A stretch of 64,000 nucleotides of DNA from Lama glama (Eukaryota), in assembly GCA_028534125.1 (NCBI GenBank), contig CM052816.1:28026001-28090000 (forward strand). The letters are read 5' to 3'. Positions 37,743-50,279 of this stretch are shown here, in pieces (within the stretch, counting starts at the first letter, position 1; the number at the start of each line of letters is the position of its first letter). A model generated the notes under the pieces. The model saw nothing but the letters and a program-made list of their open reading frames with translations. It made no database searches and had not been told where the DNA came from. Position numbers and translations under genes: made by a program.

Positions 37743-38956
37743 CGTACATGGATGTGTATGTATCATCTTTTTTATCCATTCATCTACTGATGGGCAGTTA
37801 GGTTGCTTCCATATCTTGGCTACTGTAAATAATGCTGTTACAAACATTGGGATGCATTTATGTTTTCAAATCAGTGTTTTCTTTCTTTTTTTTTTTTTTT
37901 TTTTTTTTTTGGTGGCAATGGATATATACCTAGGAATGGGATTGCTGGATTACACAATAGTTCTATTCTTTATTTTTTGAGGAACCTCCATACTGTTTTT
38001 CATAGTGGTTATACCAATCTACATTACCACCAACAGTGAATGGTTTCCCTTTCCCCATAACCTCACCAACATTTATTATTTGTTATCTTTTTGATGACAG
38101 TCATTTTGACAAGCGTAAAGTGGTATCACACTATGTTTTTGATTTGCATCTCCCTGATAACTAGTGATGTTGAGTATCTTTACATGTGCCTGTTGGTCAT
38201 CTGTATGTCTTCCTTGCAAAAACATCTATTCAGATATTTTGCCCATTTTTAATTAGGTTGTTTTTTTCTTGATATTAAGATCTTTATATATTTTGAGTAT
38301 TAATCCCTTTTCAGACATACCATTTGCAAATATCTTCTTCCACTCAGTAGGTTGTCTTTTCATTTTGTCAGTGGTTTCCTTGACTGTGTAAAAGCTCTTA
38401 ATTGTAATTAGAGCCTATTTGTTTATTTTTGTTTTGTTTCCCTTGCCTGAGGAGACAGAGCCTAATAATCATCACTAAGACTTGTGTTGAAGAGCATTTC
38501 ACCTATGTTCTCTTCTAGAAGTTTTACCGTTTCAGGTCTTACATTTAAGTCTTCAGTCCATTGTGAGCTTTTTTGTATATGGTGTGCAGAAATGTTCTCA
38601 TTTCTTTTTTTTACATGTAGTTGTCCAGTTTTACCAACACTACTTATGGGAGAGACTGTCTTTACCTCATTGTATACTTGTGTCTCTTTTGTCATAGATT
38701 GGCCACATGTGTGCAGGTTTACTTCTGAGCTCTCTATAATGTTCTTTTTAGTTATGGGTATGTTTTTACATCAACACCATACTGCTTATTACTGTAGCTT
38801 TGTACTGCAATCTGAAGTCAGGGACCGTAATATCTCCAGCTTTATTCTTTTTTTTTTTTTCTGAAGACTGTTTTTACTATTCAAGGTCTACTGTGGTTCC
38901 ATACAAGGTTTAGGATTCTTTATTCTAGTTCTACAAAAAAAAAACAACAAAAAATG

Positions 38957-40000
38957 AACATATCTCAACATAATAAAAGCTATATATGACAAACCTATAG
39001 CCAGCATAGTTCTCAACGGTGAAAAACTCAAAAGCTTCCCACTAAAATCTGGGACAAGACAAGGATGCCCACTATCACCACTCCTATTCAATATAGTCCT
39101 GGAAGTCCTAGCCACAGCAATCAGGCAAGAGAAAGAAATAAAAGGGACCAAATTGGAAAAGAGGTAAAAGTGTCATTATATGCTGACGACATGTTACTAT
39201 ATATAGAAAACCCTAAAAGGTCCACAAAAAAGCTACTAGAGCTGATTGAAGAATTCAGCAAGGTAGCAGGTTACAAAATTAATGTTCAAAAATCAGTTGC
39301 ATTTCTTTACACTAACGATAAATCAACAGAAAAAGAAAGTAAAGAAACAATCCCCTTTAAAANNNNNNNNNNNNNNNNNNNNNNNNNNNNNNNNNNNNNN
39401 NNNNNNNNNNNNNNNNNNNNNNNNNNNNNNNNNNNNNNNNNNNNNNNNNNNNNNNNNNNNNNNNNNNNNNNNNNNNNNNNNNNNNNNNNNNNNNNNNNNN
39501 NNNNNNNNNNNNNNNNNNNNNNNNNNNNNNNNNNNNNNNNNNNNNNNNNNNNNNNNNNNNNNNNNNNNNNNNNNNNNNNNNNNNNNNNNNNNNNNNNNNN
39601 NNNNNNNNNNNNNNNNNNNNNNNNNNNNNNNNNNNNNNNNNNNNNNNNNNNNNNNNNNNNNNNNNNNNNNNNNNNNNNNNNNNNNNNNNNNNNNNNNNNN
39701 NNNNNNNNNNNNNNNNNNNNNNNNNNNNNNNNNNNNNNNNNNNNNNNNNNNNNNNNNNNNNNNNNNNNNNNNNNNNNNNNNNNNNNNNNNNNNNNNNNNN
39801 NNNNNNNNNNNNNNNNNNNNNNNNNNNNNNNNNNNNNNNNNNNNNNNNNNNNNNNNNNNNNNACAAAATGTTATGATAAATCACAGAGAAAAAAATGTGA
39901 CAATGAGTGTGTATATGTCCATGAATGACTGAAAAATTGTGCTGAACAGTGGAATTTGACACAACACTGTAAAATGATTATGAATCAATAAAAAATGTAA
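38957..40000 (+). mobile_element. Young LINE-1 (RT core to 3' end) spanning the assembly gap
   Basis: RT motifs [13 protein letters not shown] and YADD (39179-39190); the 3' end at 39863-40000 is very similar to 23540-23680; TSD aaaaaatg at 38949-38956 and 40001-40008. Confidence 0.9.
39363..39862. other. Assembly gap (500 N)
   Basis: Run of N. Confidence 1.
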
Positions 40001-40084
40001 AAAAAATGCCATGGATATTTTGATAGGGATTGTATTGTATCTGTAGATTGCTTTGCGTAGTATGGACATATTAATAATACTAAA

Positions 40085-41500
40085 ATGTACGAAACTCAGC
40101 AAAAGCAATTCTAACAAGGAAGTTTATAGCAATAAAGGCATGCCTCAAGAAACAAAATAATCTCAAAACAACAACAACAACAACAAAAAACAATGTAACC
40201 CACCATCTAAAGGAATCAGAAGAAGAACAAAGTCCTAAGTCAGCAGAAAGGAACTAATAAAGTTCAGAGAGGAAATAAACAAAACAGAGACCATAAAAAC
40301 AGAAAAAAAAATCTATAAAACAAAAGACAGGTTATTTTGGAAAAGATAAAAAAATTGGTAAGCCTTTACACAGGTTCTTCAAGGAAAAAAAAAGAGAGAA
40401 CCCAAATAAATTAAGAAATGAAAGAGGAGCAATCACAACTGAATCTAATATTGAATCATAGAAATACGGTCAAAGTAGAATACTGAGAACAGTTACATGC
40501 CAGCAAGTTGGACAACCTAGAAGAAATGGGCAAATTCCTAGAAACACACAATCTTCCAAGACTGAATCAGGAAGAGATAATCTGAACAGATCAATTATAG
40601 CTATTAACACTGAATCAGTAATCAAAAATATTCCCTGCATATAAAAATCCAGGACTGGATGGCTTCACAGAAAAATTCTACCAGACATGTAACGTAGACA
40701 TAACACCCATCCATATCAAATTATTCAAAAAAATTGAAGAGAATACTCTCAAATTCATCCTATGAGGCCACCTGATACAAAAACAAAGACACTTGGGAAA
40801 AAACAGAAAATTACAGTCCAATATCCTTGATGAATATAAATATAAAAATCCTCAACAAAATACTAGCAAATGTAATTCAACTATATATAAAGATCATACA
40901 ACATGATCAAGTGGGATTTATTCCAGGGATGCAAAGATGGATCAGTATTCACAAAGTCAATCAATGTGACACGTCACATTAACAAAAGGAAGGATGAAAA
41001 TCACATTATTATAGATGCAGAAAAACCATCTGACAAAATTCAACATCTCTTCATGAGAAAAACTCTCAACGAAGTAGCTACAGAGGGAACATACTTCAAC
41101 ATAATAAAGGCCATAAGACAAAATCATAGCTAATATACTCAATGATGAAAAACTGAAAGCTTTCACTTTAAAATCAGGAATAAGATAAGGATTCAGATGA
41201 CACGATATTATATATTGAAAACCCTCAAGTCTCTACAAAAACTGAAAATAAATGAATTTAATAAAGTTGCAGAATGCAAGATTAATATACAGCATCTGTT
41301 GCTTTTTTCCCCACTAATATTGAACTGTCAGAAAGTGAAAGCAAGAAATCAATCCTGTGTACAACCGAATCAAGAGAAAAAAAAACACCTAGAAATAAGC
41401 TTAACCAAGGTGGTTAAAGATCTATACTCTGAAAACTATAAACCAACGATGAAGAAAACTGAATATGGTACAAATAAATAGAAAGATATTCCATGGTCAT
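40085..41500 (+). mobile_element. LINE-1 ORF2 segment (inverted 5' part of the 37.3 kb element)
   Basis: ORF2 motifs from gcaaaagcaattctaacaaggaagtttatagc through catgatcaagtgggatttattccagggatgcaa to gaaagatattccatggtcat. Confidence 0.9.
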
Positions 41501-42159
41501 ATTTTTTGATCAATTCTCAAATAGGATCGTTTCCATGGGCTTTGTCCCTTTCCACATACAGCCTATCCTCTTTGTTATAAAAGGGCTGCTTTATAGAATG
41601 CACTATATATTAATTACAAACTAAATTTATGGTAATTTAAAAGTATTTTCAAGAGCTATTGGTTTGATTACCAGTGTTTATGACTATTAAGATTTTACCT
41701 AGGTTTCTTATTATAAGAATTTACTTATAACTCTAAAAATTCATCTAGAATTTCTGCAAGAACAATGATGTTTCCTTCCAAATGAATTTCCCAACTTTTT
41801 TTTTAATTTGAAAACAATGAAAACTATAGAAACACTGAATTTGGTATACGGTAACACGTTGCTTTTTCAGTCTGTATTCATCTGCATATATTGTTTTTGG
41901 CTGACAAATTTGAAACTCACAGATCTTGAGACATTTACTTCCTAAAGATATCTGCATGCAACTACCAAATATAAGAATAGTGTTTTGCATAACTTTAAAT
42001 CATATACATTCAGTTCTAAAGTCACTTACTGCAGTCTATATTCAAATTTCCACAGTCCCTAAATTATCTTTTATAATTTCATTACATGAATCAGATTTTA
42101 AACAATAGTCATATTGAATTATATCATCATGTATGTTGAGACCCTCCAGATAGATAGCC

Positions 42160-43660
42160 ACTTAGCTGCATTAGAGTACAGGCAAGAGGTTAGACAAATA
42201 CACTAATAGACCAAAATGGAAATCCACCCCCCAAATGCCCATACCAATATTTTATTTATGACAAGAGTACAACACTGTGAAAGGATTTTTTCAAATAAGA
42301 TGGTATGGTTCAATTGGCTGCTGATATACAGAAAATGAATCTTGACCTATCTCTCACATCATATAGTAAAATCAATTGCAGATTAATTACAGATACAAAC
42401 GGAAAGGTGAACAGTAAAGCCTTTGGAATGAAACAGAAAAATTCCTCTCAGTATTACAGTATGCAACGGCTTCTAAGTAAAATCTCAAACAATAATACTA
42501 TCATTAAAAAAGACAGATAAAACTTACCACATTAAATGTATCAAAAGACACCAAGAAGAGAGGGTAAAGTGTAACGTGAGAGCAAATATTTGCAACACAA
42601 ATATCTACATGTAGTAGATTCTGTAGTGTGCAGGCCACCAGCACCTAGTTCACCAATTGCTGAGAGTTTTAACAATTGACACTGTCCACCTCAGTCTCTC
42701 CTCCTGGCAATTGCCCTCAACCTAAGACAATAATCTTCTCTAATGTCAGACTTCCTCCTAGAGGTAGCACGCATCCAATGATTTGATACAGTGGTGTAAT
42801 GTTTTGGCCTTCATGTCCCAGTTTGTTAATATTCTGCAGAGACATTCCAGTTCCACAGGTCCTGAGGGATCAGCTGAGGCCTCTGCTGCGACTTCGTCCT
42901 AACACACCTGCCACTTCTCACCAATCCTGCTACCTTCATTCCCCCAGCATTTGGGATCCTGGGAACACCACACCATAAATTTTCCGCCTGCACCTCTACC
43001 CCAGGGTCTGTTTCCCAAGGAATCAGACCTGTAGCAAGGAGAAAGGACCTACAGGATATGTAAAGACTTTCAAATCAATAAGGAAAACATCACACTTCAG
43101 CAGAAAAATAAGCAATAGGCTGGAAAAGGCTCTTCATAAAAGGAAATACTCAAACAGCTAAGGAAAATGCCCAGGAATTTTAGTCATCAGAAAAACTAAA
43201 ATTAAACCTTGATGAGATATTCCCTTCAAACACACCAACATGGCTGCTATGAAAAAGGCCAGCAATACAGTATCGGAGAGTCTGTGGAACAAGCGGAGCT
43301 CTCATGCGGTGCTGGATACACTGGATAATGGTGTAACTATCATGGGAAGCTGTTTGGCAGCATCTACTGAAGCTGTAACCCAGCAATTCCTCGTTCGGAA
43401 GAAACTCAACAGAACTATGTGCACTGAAATAAACTTTCAGTGAAACAACGTTCATAGCAACATTATACATAACAGCAAATCCCAGTGATACCCACTGAGA
43501 GAAGAATGAGTAAGGAGTATTTCCAAACAACACAATACTACCCAGCCAGAAAACCTAATACTGTCACATGTAAGAATATAAATGAATTCAGACACAAAGT
43601 AATAAATTCTATGTTTGTGTTTACATATAAAGTTCAAAAGCCTACAAAACTAATCAATAT
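42160..43660 (+). mobile_element. Ancient LINE-1 3' region (L1ME-like) split by an LTR
   Basis: aaaatgaatcttgacctatctctcacatcatatagtaaaatcaatt, gcaaatatttgcaacacaaatatct; resumes after 43036 with caaatcaataaggaaaac and gttcatagcaacattatacataacagc. Confidence 0.7.
42610..43036 (+). mobile_element. ERVL solo LTR (LTR16C-like)
   Basis: gctgaggcctctgctgcgacttc...ccaatcctgctaccttcattccc...cagggtctgtttcccaaggaatcagacctgtagca are LTR16-type motifs. Confidence 0.7.
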
Positions 43661-44036
43661 CAGACATCAACAAACACTTTCTTTGTTTACTATGTTCTCA
43701 ACCCACAAATTTATGAGGAAAATCAGCAGCCTTACTGGAGCAGGGAGACTAATTCTGAATGAAGAGCAAAGCCCATGGCTGTACTGTCAGTATAAACAGC
43801 ACGCTCATTAGGAAAGAAATGAGGAAACGTGCAGCTCTACCATGGGGTCACCATCCCAATTGGGATGCAAGTGACAAATAGGGTAAGTGGCACATTATAC
43901 AGAAATTTAACAGGGTTTCTAGTAAAGGAGAGAAACTATGAAAGGCAAAATAAGCCCCTCTTTTTTTCTGACACTGAGTTTATTTGACACATTTTTATGT
44001 ATTGCCTGCTGTATGCCAGGCTGGCTGTTCCTAGTT

Positions 44037-44337
44037 TGTTTTGTTTGTTTCATTTGTTTTGAAGTATAGTCAGTTACAATGTGTCAATTTCTGGTGTACA
44101 GCACAATGTCTCAGTCATGTACACACATACATATATATATATATTCATTTTCATATACTTTTCCATTAAAGGTTATTACAAGATATTGAATATAGTGCCT
44201 TGTGCTAGACAGAAAAAACTTCTTAATCTATTTTTACATATAGTGGCCAACATTTGCAAATCTCAAACTGCCAAATGTATCCGTTCCTATCCCTTTTCCG
44301 CTGGTAGTCATATGATTGTCTATTATGTCTGCGAGGC
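44037..44337 (-). mobile_element. LINE-1 3'UTR end
   Basis: tttgaagtatagtcagttacaatgtg...ggttattacaagatattgaatatagtgccttgtgct is antisense to the 32.5 and 61.2 kb L1 ends. Confidence 0.85.
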
Positions 44338-45189
44338 TTTTTCTTATATATCTTGCTGGAAACTCTGCCTGTGTACAAGGAAGATCTGAGAGGGTCCAGC
44401 ACTGAGTAGAAGCTAAGACAGATTCAAATATGGGTGAACTCAGTGCAGTCTCCAAATCTCTCAGATTCAACAGCAGAGGGTGGAATCTTTTTTGGTTCAA
44501 AGAATATAAACATAACTCCTGCTAAAATCATTGGCTAGGCTCTGTGGTTTTCAGACACAGGGGCAACTCCTGAGAAGGTAAGAATAAGGTAAAGCTAAGA
44601 ATTTAAGAAATAAAACATAGACATCAGTAACCACATACCAAGGAGGGGACAGATTTCATAGAATGAGTCCAGGAAATATACTAAAGGAAATTCAGAAGAA
44701 AAAAAATCAGAATCTACAGTTGCCACAATATAGTATCTACAACGTGTAGTTTTAAACCAAAATTAAAAGGCTGGCAGAAACAGTGTGATGCACACTCAGG
44801 TAGTTTCACTAGAGAAATAAAAATTCTCTTCCTCTGACTGTAAGAACAAGGCACGTTACCTACAAAATCCTGCTTATTTTAAGCTCAAAGAGCTGAAGTT
44901 CAAAAGTAACCTATTAAAGTAAAATCCAATAGGTAGTATCTCCCACAGCTGTGATGAGCACAGTGGCTTTCTTCTGGCCTATCAGGGAAAGGAGGAGGAA
45001 ACTACCACAGACGCAGAAAATAAGATGTGATAAAGTTTCAATGATTAGAAAAGGCCGAGTGAGAGCTCCCTTGAAATTTTAAAATCCCTGGGTGCCTCAG
45101 ATTCAAGGTAAATTTGCACCCACGTGCCAAACCCTTTTCACAGGCTTCAGTGAAGCTCAAAAATTGTGGGAAGGGAAAGAAAACTGAGC

Positions 45190-45942
45190 AAGTATCCGTG
45201 TGAGGCACAGGTAGGTGCACCAGGCGGGATACAGTCTGAGGACGGAACAAGAACACCAAGCAGACTTTCACACATTCACGGTATGCCAGAGTAACACAGA
45301 GAAACCTCCACTGAGAGTCAGGCAAACAGCTCCTTCTGTATGTCACGTGAGGGCAGAGCAAGAACGTGGAACACATCACAATCGACATCTTACACTTTGT
45401 GTGAGGGATCAACCATCCACAATGAGAAGGGCCAACCAGCCTGGGATATCTGAGTGACTCTTTGAGGTAAGTCCTTTCTGAGCCAAGGATGCTCCACAGA
45501 GGTCCCTCACTCGCATCTTCCTAATCCCCTCCAACATTAACTGACATCTCAAATACCCCCATGTATGTTAAATTGGTAAGCAATCCTTAGGAAATGCTGT
45601 AATAAGTTTAGAAAAACAAGTTTTCCTTTTGGCAGATCACCAAGTGCCAATTATAGTTCAAATCCGACAAACTGGTTGACAACTCACATGCAATGTCATT
45701 TCTCCCTAATTAACGTATAAAGCTTTCCCTTGTGTAATCCTGCCTTTGTCCAATTATCCTGTCACCATTAACCTCAGGATGGTGAAGTCCCTTCTCTGGG
45801 AGTCTCTGCTGGTGTGAATACTAATACATTTCTATTTCTTATATTTGGTGTTTGCCATGTCATTAGCACAGTCATCTGATAAATTCTCATATTAGGAATG
45901 GAGAGGTGACTTGGGGGAGGTCCCTTTAGGGTCAATCAAAAC
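45190..45942 (+). mobile_element. Possible LTR (family uncertain)
   Basis: GC-richer block with a TATA-like cgtataaa, a polyA-like aataca and an ...aaaaca end, embedded in L1 5'/ORF1-like sequence. Confidence 0.35.
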
Positions 45943-45949
45943 ACCGTCT

Positions 45950-47447
45950 ACCACTGGAGAAGAAGTAGGAGAACTAGGAGTGACACCCTTAAGGTGCAGG
46001 CACAGGGGCAAGTTAGAGTAGGAAGACAGGGCAGAAAATGGAATACAAAACTTCTAACCCTCAGAGCTCATATGCTGATGAAAGGTTTATGATCCTACCC
46101 TCGAAAATAAACTGAACTGTATAAGCTGAATATAACTAAAGCAACAACAAAATCCAGACCCCACTAAATGACAGAGTAGATGTGACCCAAATCCCCACTC
46201 TAATGGCCCAAAATAAGAATAACCATGATCTTTTGGGGCAGTAAGTATTATTTATCTCACTCGTTTTTATTTTGTACACACAACGCCCAATATGAAATCA
46301 TAAAGTATAATATATATAAAAAAAGACAGCAGAAGATGTGACCATTGTTCAGAGAATAATCAACAAAACCAAGACTCAAATGGCCGAGATTTAAAACTAT
46401 TAGATTAGAATGTTAAAATAACTAGTGGAAAAGCTGGACAACATAGGTGAACAGTTGGGAAATTCAGTCAGGATAAAAATCATAAAAAAGAACCAAACTG
46501 AAATGTTAGACGTGAAATTCTGGTTATCAGGGATGAAGAGTTCATTCAATGGGCATATAATTACATCATACATAAAAGAGAAAATACTGAAGTTTAGAAT
46601 ACGTCAATAGCAATCATCCAAACTGAAACATTATGTTGGAAAGAGTGAGATCTGCAAGGTAATGTCAAACAATCTAATATGGGTTAATGAAGTGCCACAA
46701 ATGTGGCAGAGGAAATACTTAAGAAGATAATAAATTAATGCAAGATGGCAACCACATATCCAAACAGCTTATAACTCTCTGAGCAGAATACATGCAAACA
46801 ACAACAAAACCGTATCTAGCACAGCTGAATCAAACTGCTTAACATAAGTAAAACCATGAGGTCAGCCAGCAAGGGAAAGAAAAACACATTAGATTCCATG
46901 AAAAAAAAAATACATCAGATATAGTGAAAGAATCTTAAAAATTATGGTTGAAGCAAGAAGACAAAAGAATTAAAACTTTTAAGTACTGAAAGTATAATGC
47001 CTGTCAATCAAGAACTTCATTACAGTGAAAATCATTAAAGTGAAAGCATTTGAAATTAAATGCACTAAATAAAAGCATTCAAAAATTTAAAAATACTTGA
47101 CTACAAGAAATGCTAGACCTTTTTATTATGTTGGAAGAAAAACACCACCAGTTAGAAGTCAAGTTTTACGGTAAAAAATAAGACTTTGAAAATGAGTAAA
47201 TATGCTGATAAGTATAAAGGACTTTTTAAAAATCTCTTTTTAACACTAATGATTTTTAAAATAAATATAACAATGTAATATTGGGTGTACAGTATATGCA
47301 GAAATGAATTATATGACAGCATTAGCACAAAGAGTGGGAGGGTGATAATTTAACCACCATTATCAACCAAACTGACCTAACTGACATTTATAGAACACTG
47401 GACCCAACATCAGAAAACATTCTGTTCAAGTACATGTGGAATATTCA
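45950..47447 (+). mobile_element. Ancient LINE-1 5'/ORF1 fragments plus an ORF2 start fragment
   Basis: aaagaaccaaactgaaatgttagacgtgaaa, gatgaagagttcattcaatgggc, tcaatagcaatcatccaaactgaaac; also aactgacctaactgacatttatagaacact (ORF2). Confidence 0.7.
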
Positions 47448-50246
47448 GGTACTTCTTATGTTTTAATTGTCTAACTAGATATTTTAAATTCTTCTCTTTA
47501 GGATATTCTTAGTTTTAAAACTTGAGTGTGCAGTATTCTCAGGTCAGCTACGAACATGGAATATTTTCTTCCATATTTCTTTAATATCCCTGTTCCCAGA
47601 TGTACTGATGTAATACTGACACATTTTAAGTCATTCATCCTTCTGAAATTTTTATGATATTTAAGTTGATTTTTCCTAGAAGTTACAAAGGGGCATAGGA
47701 ACACCTTGACATATATAATCACAGAAATATATGCATTGTCTTCAATGAACTGCAGAATAGAAACCCACTCTCTTGAACATAAGTAGCTGGAGACATGCCC
47801 TGGGAAACCTTTGAACATTTTTCCAGGGTTCTCATTTCCCTCCCCATCTCCCAGGCATCCCCATCACGATCTCAGAAGGTACAGGAGACTGTATCTCAAA
47901 GTGATTATTTCTCTCCTCTTCTATTTTCCTCTTTGACTAATAACTTAGTTGACATTGTGAATGTTACAGCCTAGATTTCAGTTTGTATCTTCATTAAATC
48001 CTGGTTTTAGAATCAGAAAATTATTTCTGAAGTATCCAAAACTTTTAGTGTTCTACAAACAAAATTTGTAGAATAGTGTGCTAGAGAAAAACATCAAGCA
48101 CATCAGTTGTTTTAAAATAATTTACACCTTTTCTGATTTGAAAATACAAGTATACATTGTTTTTAGTTAAACTTGCTGGACTATATGGACAATGCTTACC
48201 AAATACAGCAATTTTCAGATGTATTTTGTGCTTTGTGGACTATCTTTACACTACTTGCTTAGGTGAAAAGTGGCGCAAGCAATGACACATCATTGCTAAT
48301 ACCTTGGAGAGCACTACCAGTGAGTGAAAAATGGAAAGTAATATAGAATAGTGCACACAGGACATTTATACACACTGAGTTGAAGGTAAGAGTCTGGATC
48401 TTAGGTACCATCATGTCCTTTAACATTCTTAAATAAGGATGAAGCATTTTTCGATAATTATGCATTTATTCCTCAAGGTCCTTATAATAATTGGCAAGAA
48501 GCACATAACCTTTTAAAGAACATTACTAATTAATCTCAAGATTGCCATGAAAATCACTGTAATTATTTTACTTTGGCTTAGATGGATCAGAGTTTTCCTC
48601 AAAATCTCTGAGCAACTCAAAGAAGGATGACCTAAACCATCATTGTGTGTTAAGAGGTGACTCACTGCTGATTTTTCTCTGTTAAGGACAATTAGTACTT
48701 CTAGGTCATTGACCAATGTTCAGGAGAGAAAAAAAAATTAAGATGTAAATAAAGAATTAGCACCAGTTAGTGTAGCAATGCTAAGTTGACAGCACTGACT
48801 TTCCTTAAATGATATCACAGTGAAAAACATTGTTCTTCTTCAAAGTGACTAAAGATATTACATCATAATGTATCTTAAGCCATAGTTATGTTTATTCATC
48901 AACTAAGCACTTATTTATATATTGATAATTTTACCTTTAACTGTCACAAAAATGTAATTTGGTTTGCCCTTCAAATATAATATGGAACTTAAATTTAAAA
49001 TGAGGTCAATACAGACAGTGGATGTTAAATAATTTCCCAGAATTGCAAAAGTAATTTTTGGTTTTGTAAGAATAGCATAGTTTTGAGACAGCAAAAAAGG
49101 CACATGATCTACATTATAAGAAACCAAAATGCAAATATTATATATTATGTAACACAGGAGTTTAAACAAAACAACCCCAAAATACCAGAGGGTCTTCTGG
49201 TGAAAAATGGACAGCTAGCTAACACACTATGAATCAGCTTCTCCCAACTACCTTCGATTTTGAACAAAAAAACCCAAAATGTTTCTATTTTTGTATTTCC
49301 CTTAGTATTAACATTAATATTTAATAAACATAGTAGTAAATGAATACTGTAAAGATGGAGAGCACTAATGGGAAATATTTCACACTGGTGATCTAGTTCC
49401 CACAGCAGGGAGTTTATGTACAGAGATAAGATGAACCTTGTATTAGCACATTCTAGAGACTGTCAATTTCCAGTACATTAAGGGATCACGGAATCAAATA
49501 ATGGAAACAAGCTAGATGCTTAATCCATTAGAGACAGAACAGAGCTTGCTAGACACAAAGCAAGATAATGGAGTTATGTCCATCAGCAACCTTGCGTATC
49601 TCAAGTAACAAGTAACAGAAGTAAGGAGTCTATCGCCTTACATACTAACAATCACCACATTGTGATGTCCCTTACCTCATCCAAAGATGAATGACTTATA
49701 AAAACAATTTAAAAAGCAGTATGCACCAGAAAATGTACAGCAAGCCAAGGAACAAGAAATATTTTCATGAAGAATAAAAGTTTACCTGCAAAAACGAGTA
49801 CTCCCTCAGTCCAAAACAAACACAAAAGCTACAGAAGTATCACTCTGAATCATAAACAGAGTGCAATAAGGACACTCTACTTGTTTCTCATGGAAACAGC
49901 AACTCTCTGTGACACTTGATCGTGAATATAGTACTTGAAACACGAAAACATAACTTGATTGTTATATATTTCAATAAAAGTGTCATTTAATTACAAGTCC
50001 TACAGGCATAAAAGTTTTTAGGGAAAAAAAATTAAGTATGAATAAACACACAGCTCAACTACTGGAGTGGAAGTGCCCCCAAAACACTGGAGAATGGGCT
50101 ACAAGTCCTGCATGAGGTATCCGTGGGTCGCAGGCATTCGTCAGTGTTTTATAGACTAAATGATGAATGTCATTTAATCTGAGTGGCCTTTTAGAAAAAA
50201 GCTAGTTAAAAGAGCCTGTCTGCCTGCCACTCCCCCACCAGCCCTG

Positions 50247-50279
50247 CTCTCTCTCTCTCATTCACACACACACACACAC
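50247..50279. repeat. Compound (CT)n-(CA)n microsatellite
   Basis: ctctctctctctcattcacacacacacacacac. Confidence 0.85.

Larger units (their letters stand above)
37294..40080 (-). mobile_element. LINE-1 3' (non-inverted) segment, interrupted by a younger L1 at 38957-40000
   Basis: Antisense 3'UTR from 37294 and ORF2 to 38956, resuming at 40001 (aaaaaatgccatggatattttgataggg...) and reading MSILRKAIYR on the minus strand at ~40040-40070. Confidence 0.9.

Noticed and set aside
39065..39962. Long ORFs of 201-287 aa
   Set aside because: Artefacts of translating through the 500-N gap; the real part is frameshifted L1 RT.
48051..48073. Short hairpin ttctacaaa-caaaa-tttgtagaa
   Set aside because: A 9-bp AT-rich stem is expected by chance in 64 kb.
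47498..48716. Minus-strand ORFs of 67-106 aa as coding exons
   Set aside because: No recognisable protein similarity and no consistent splice-site-bounded open frame.
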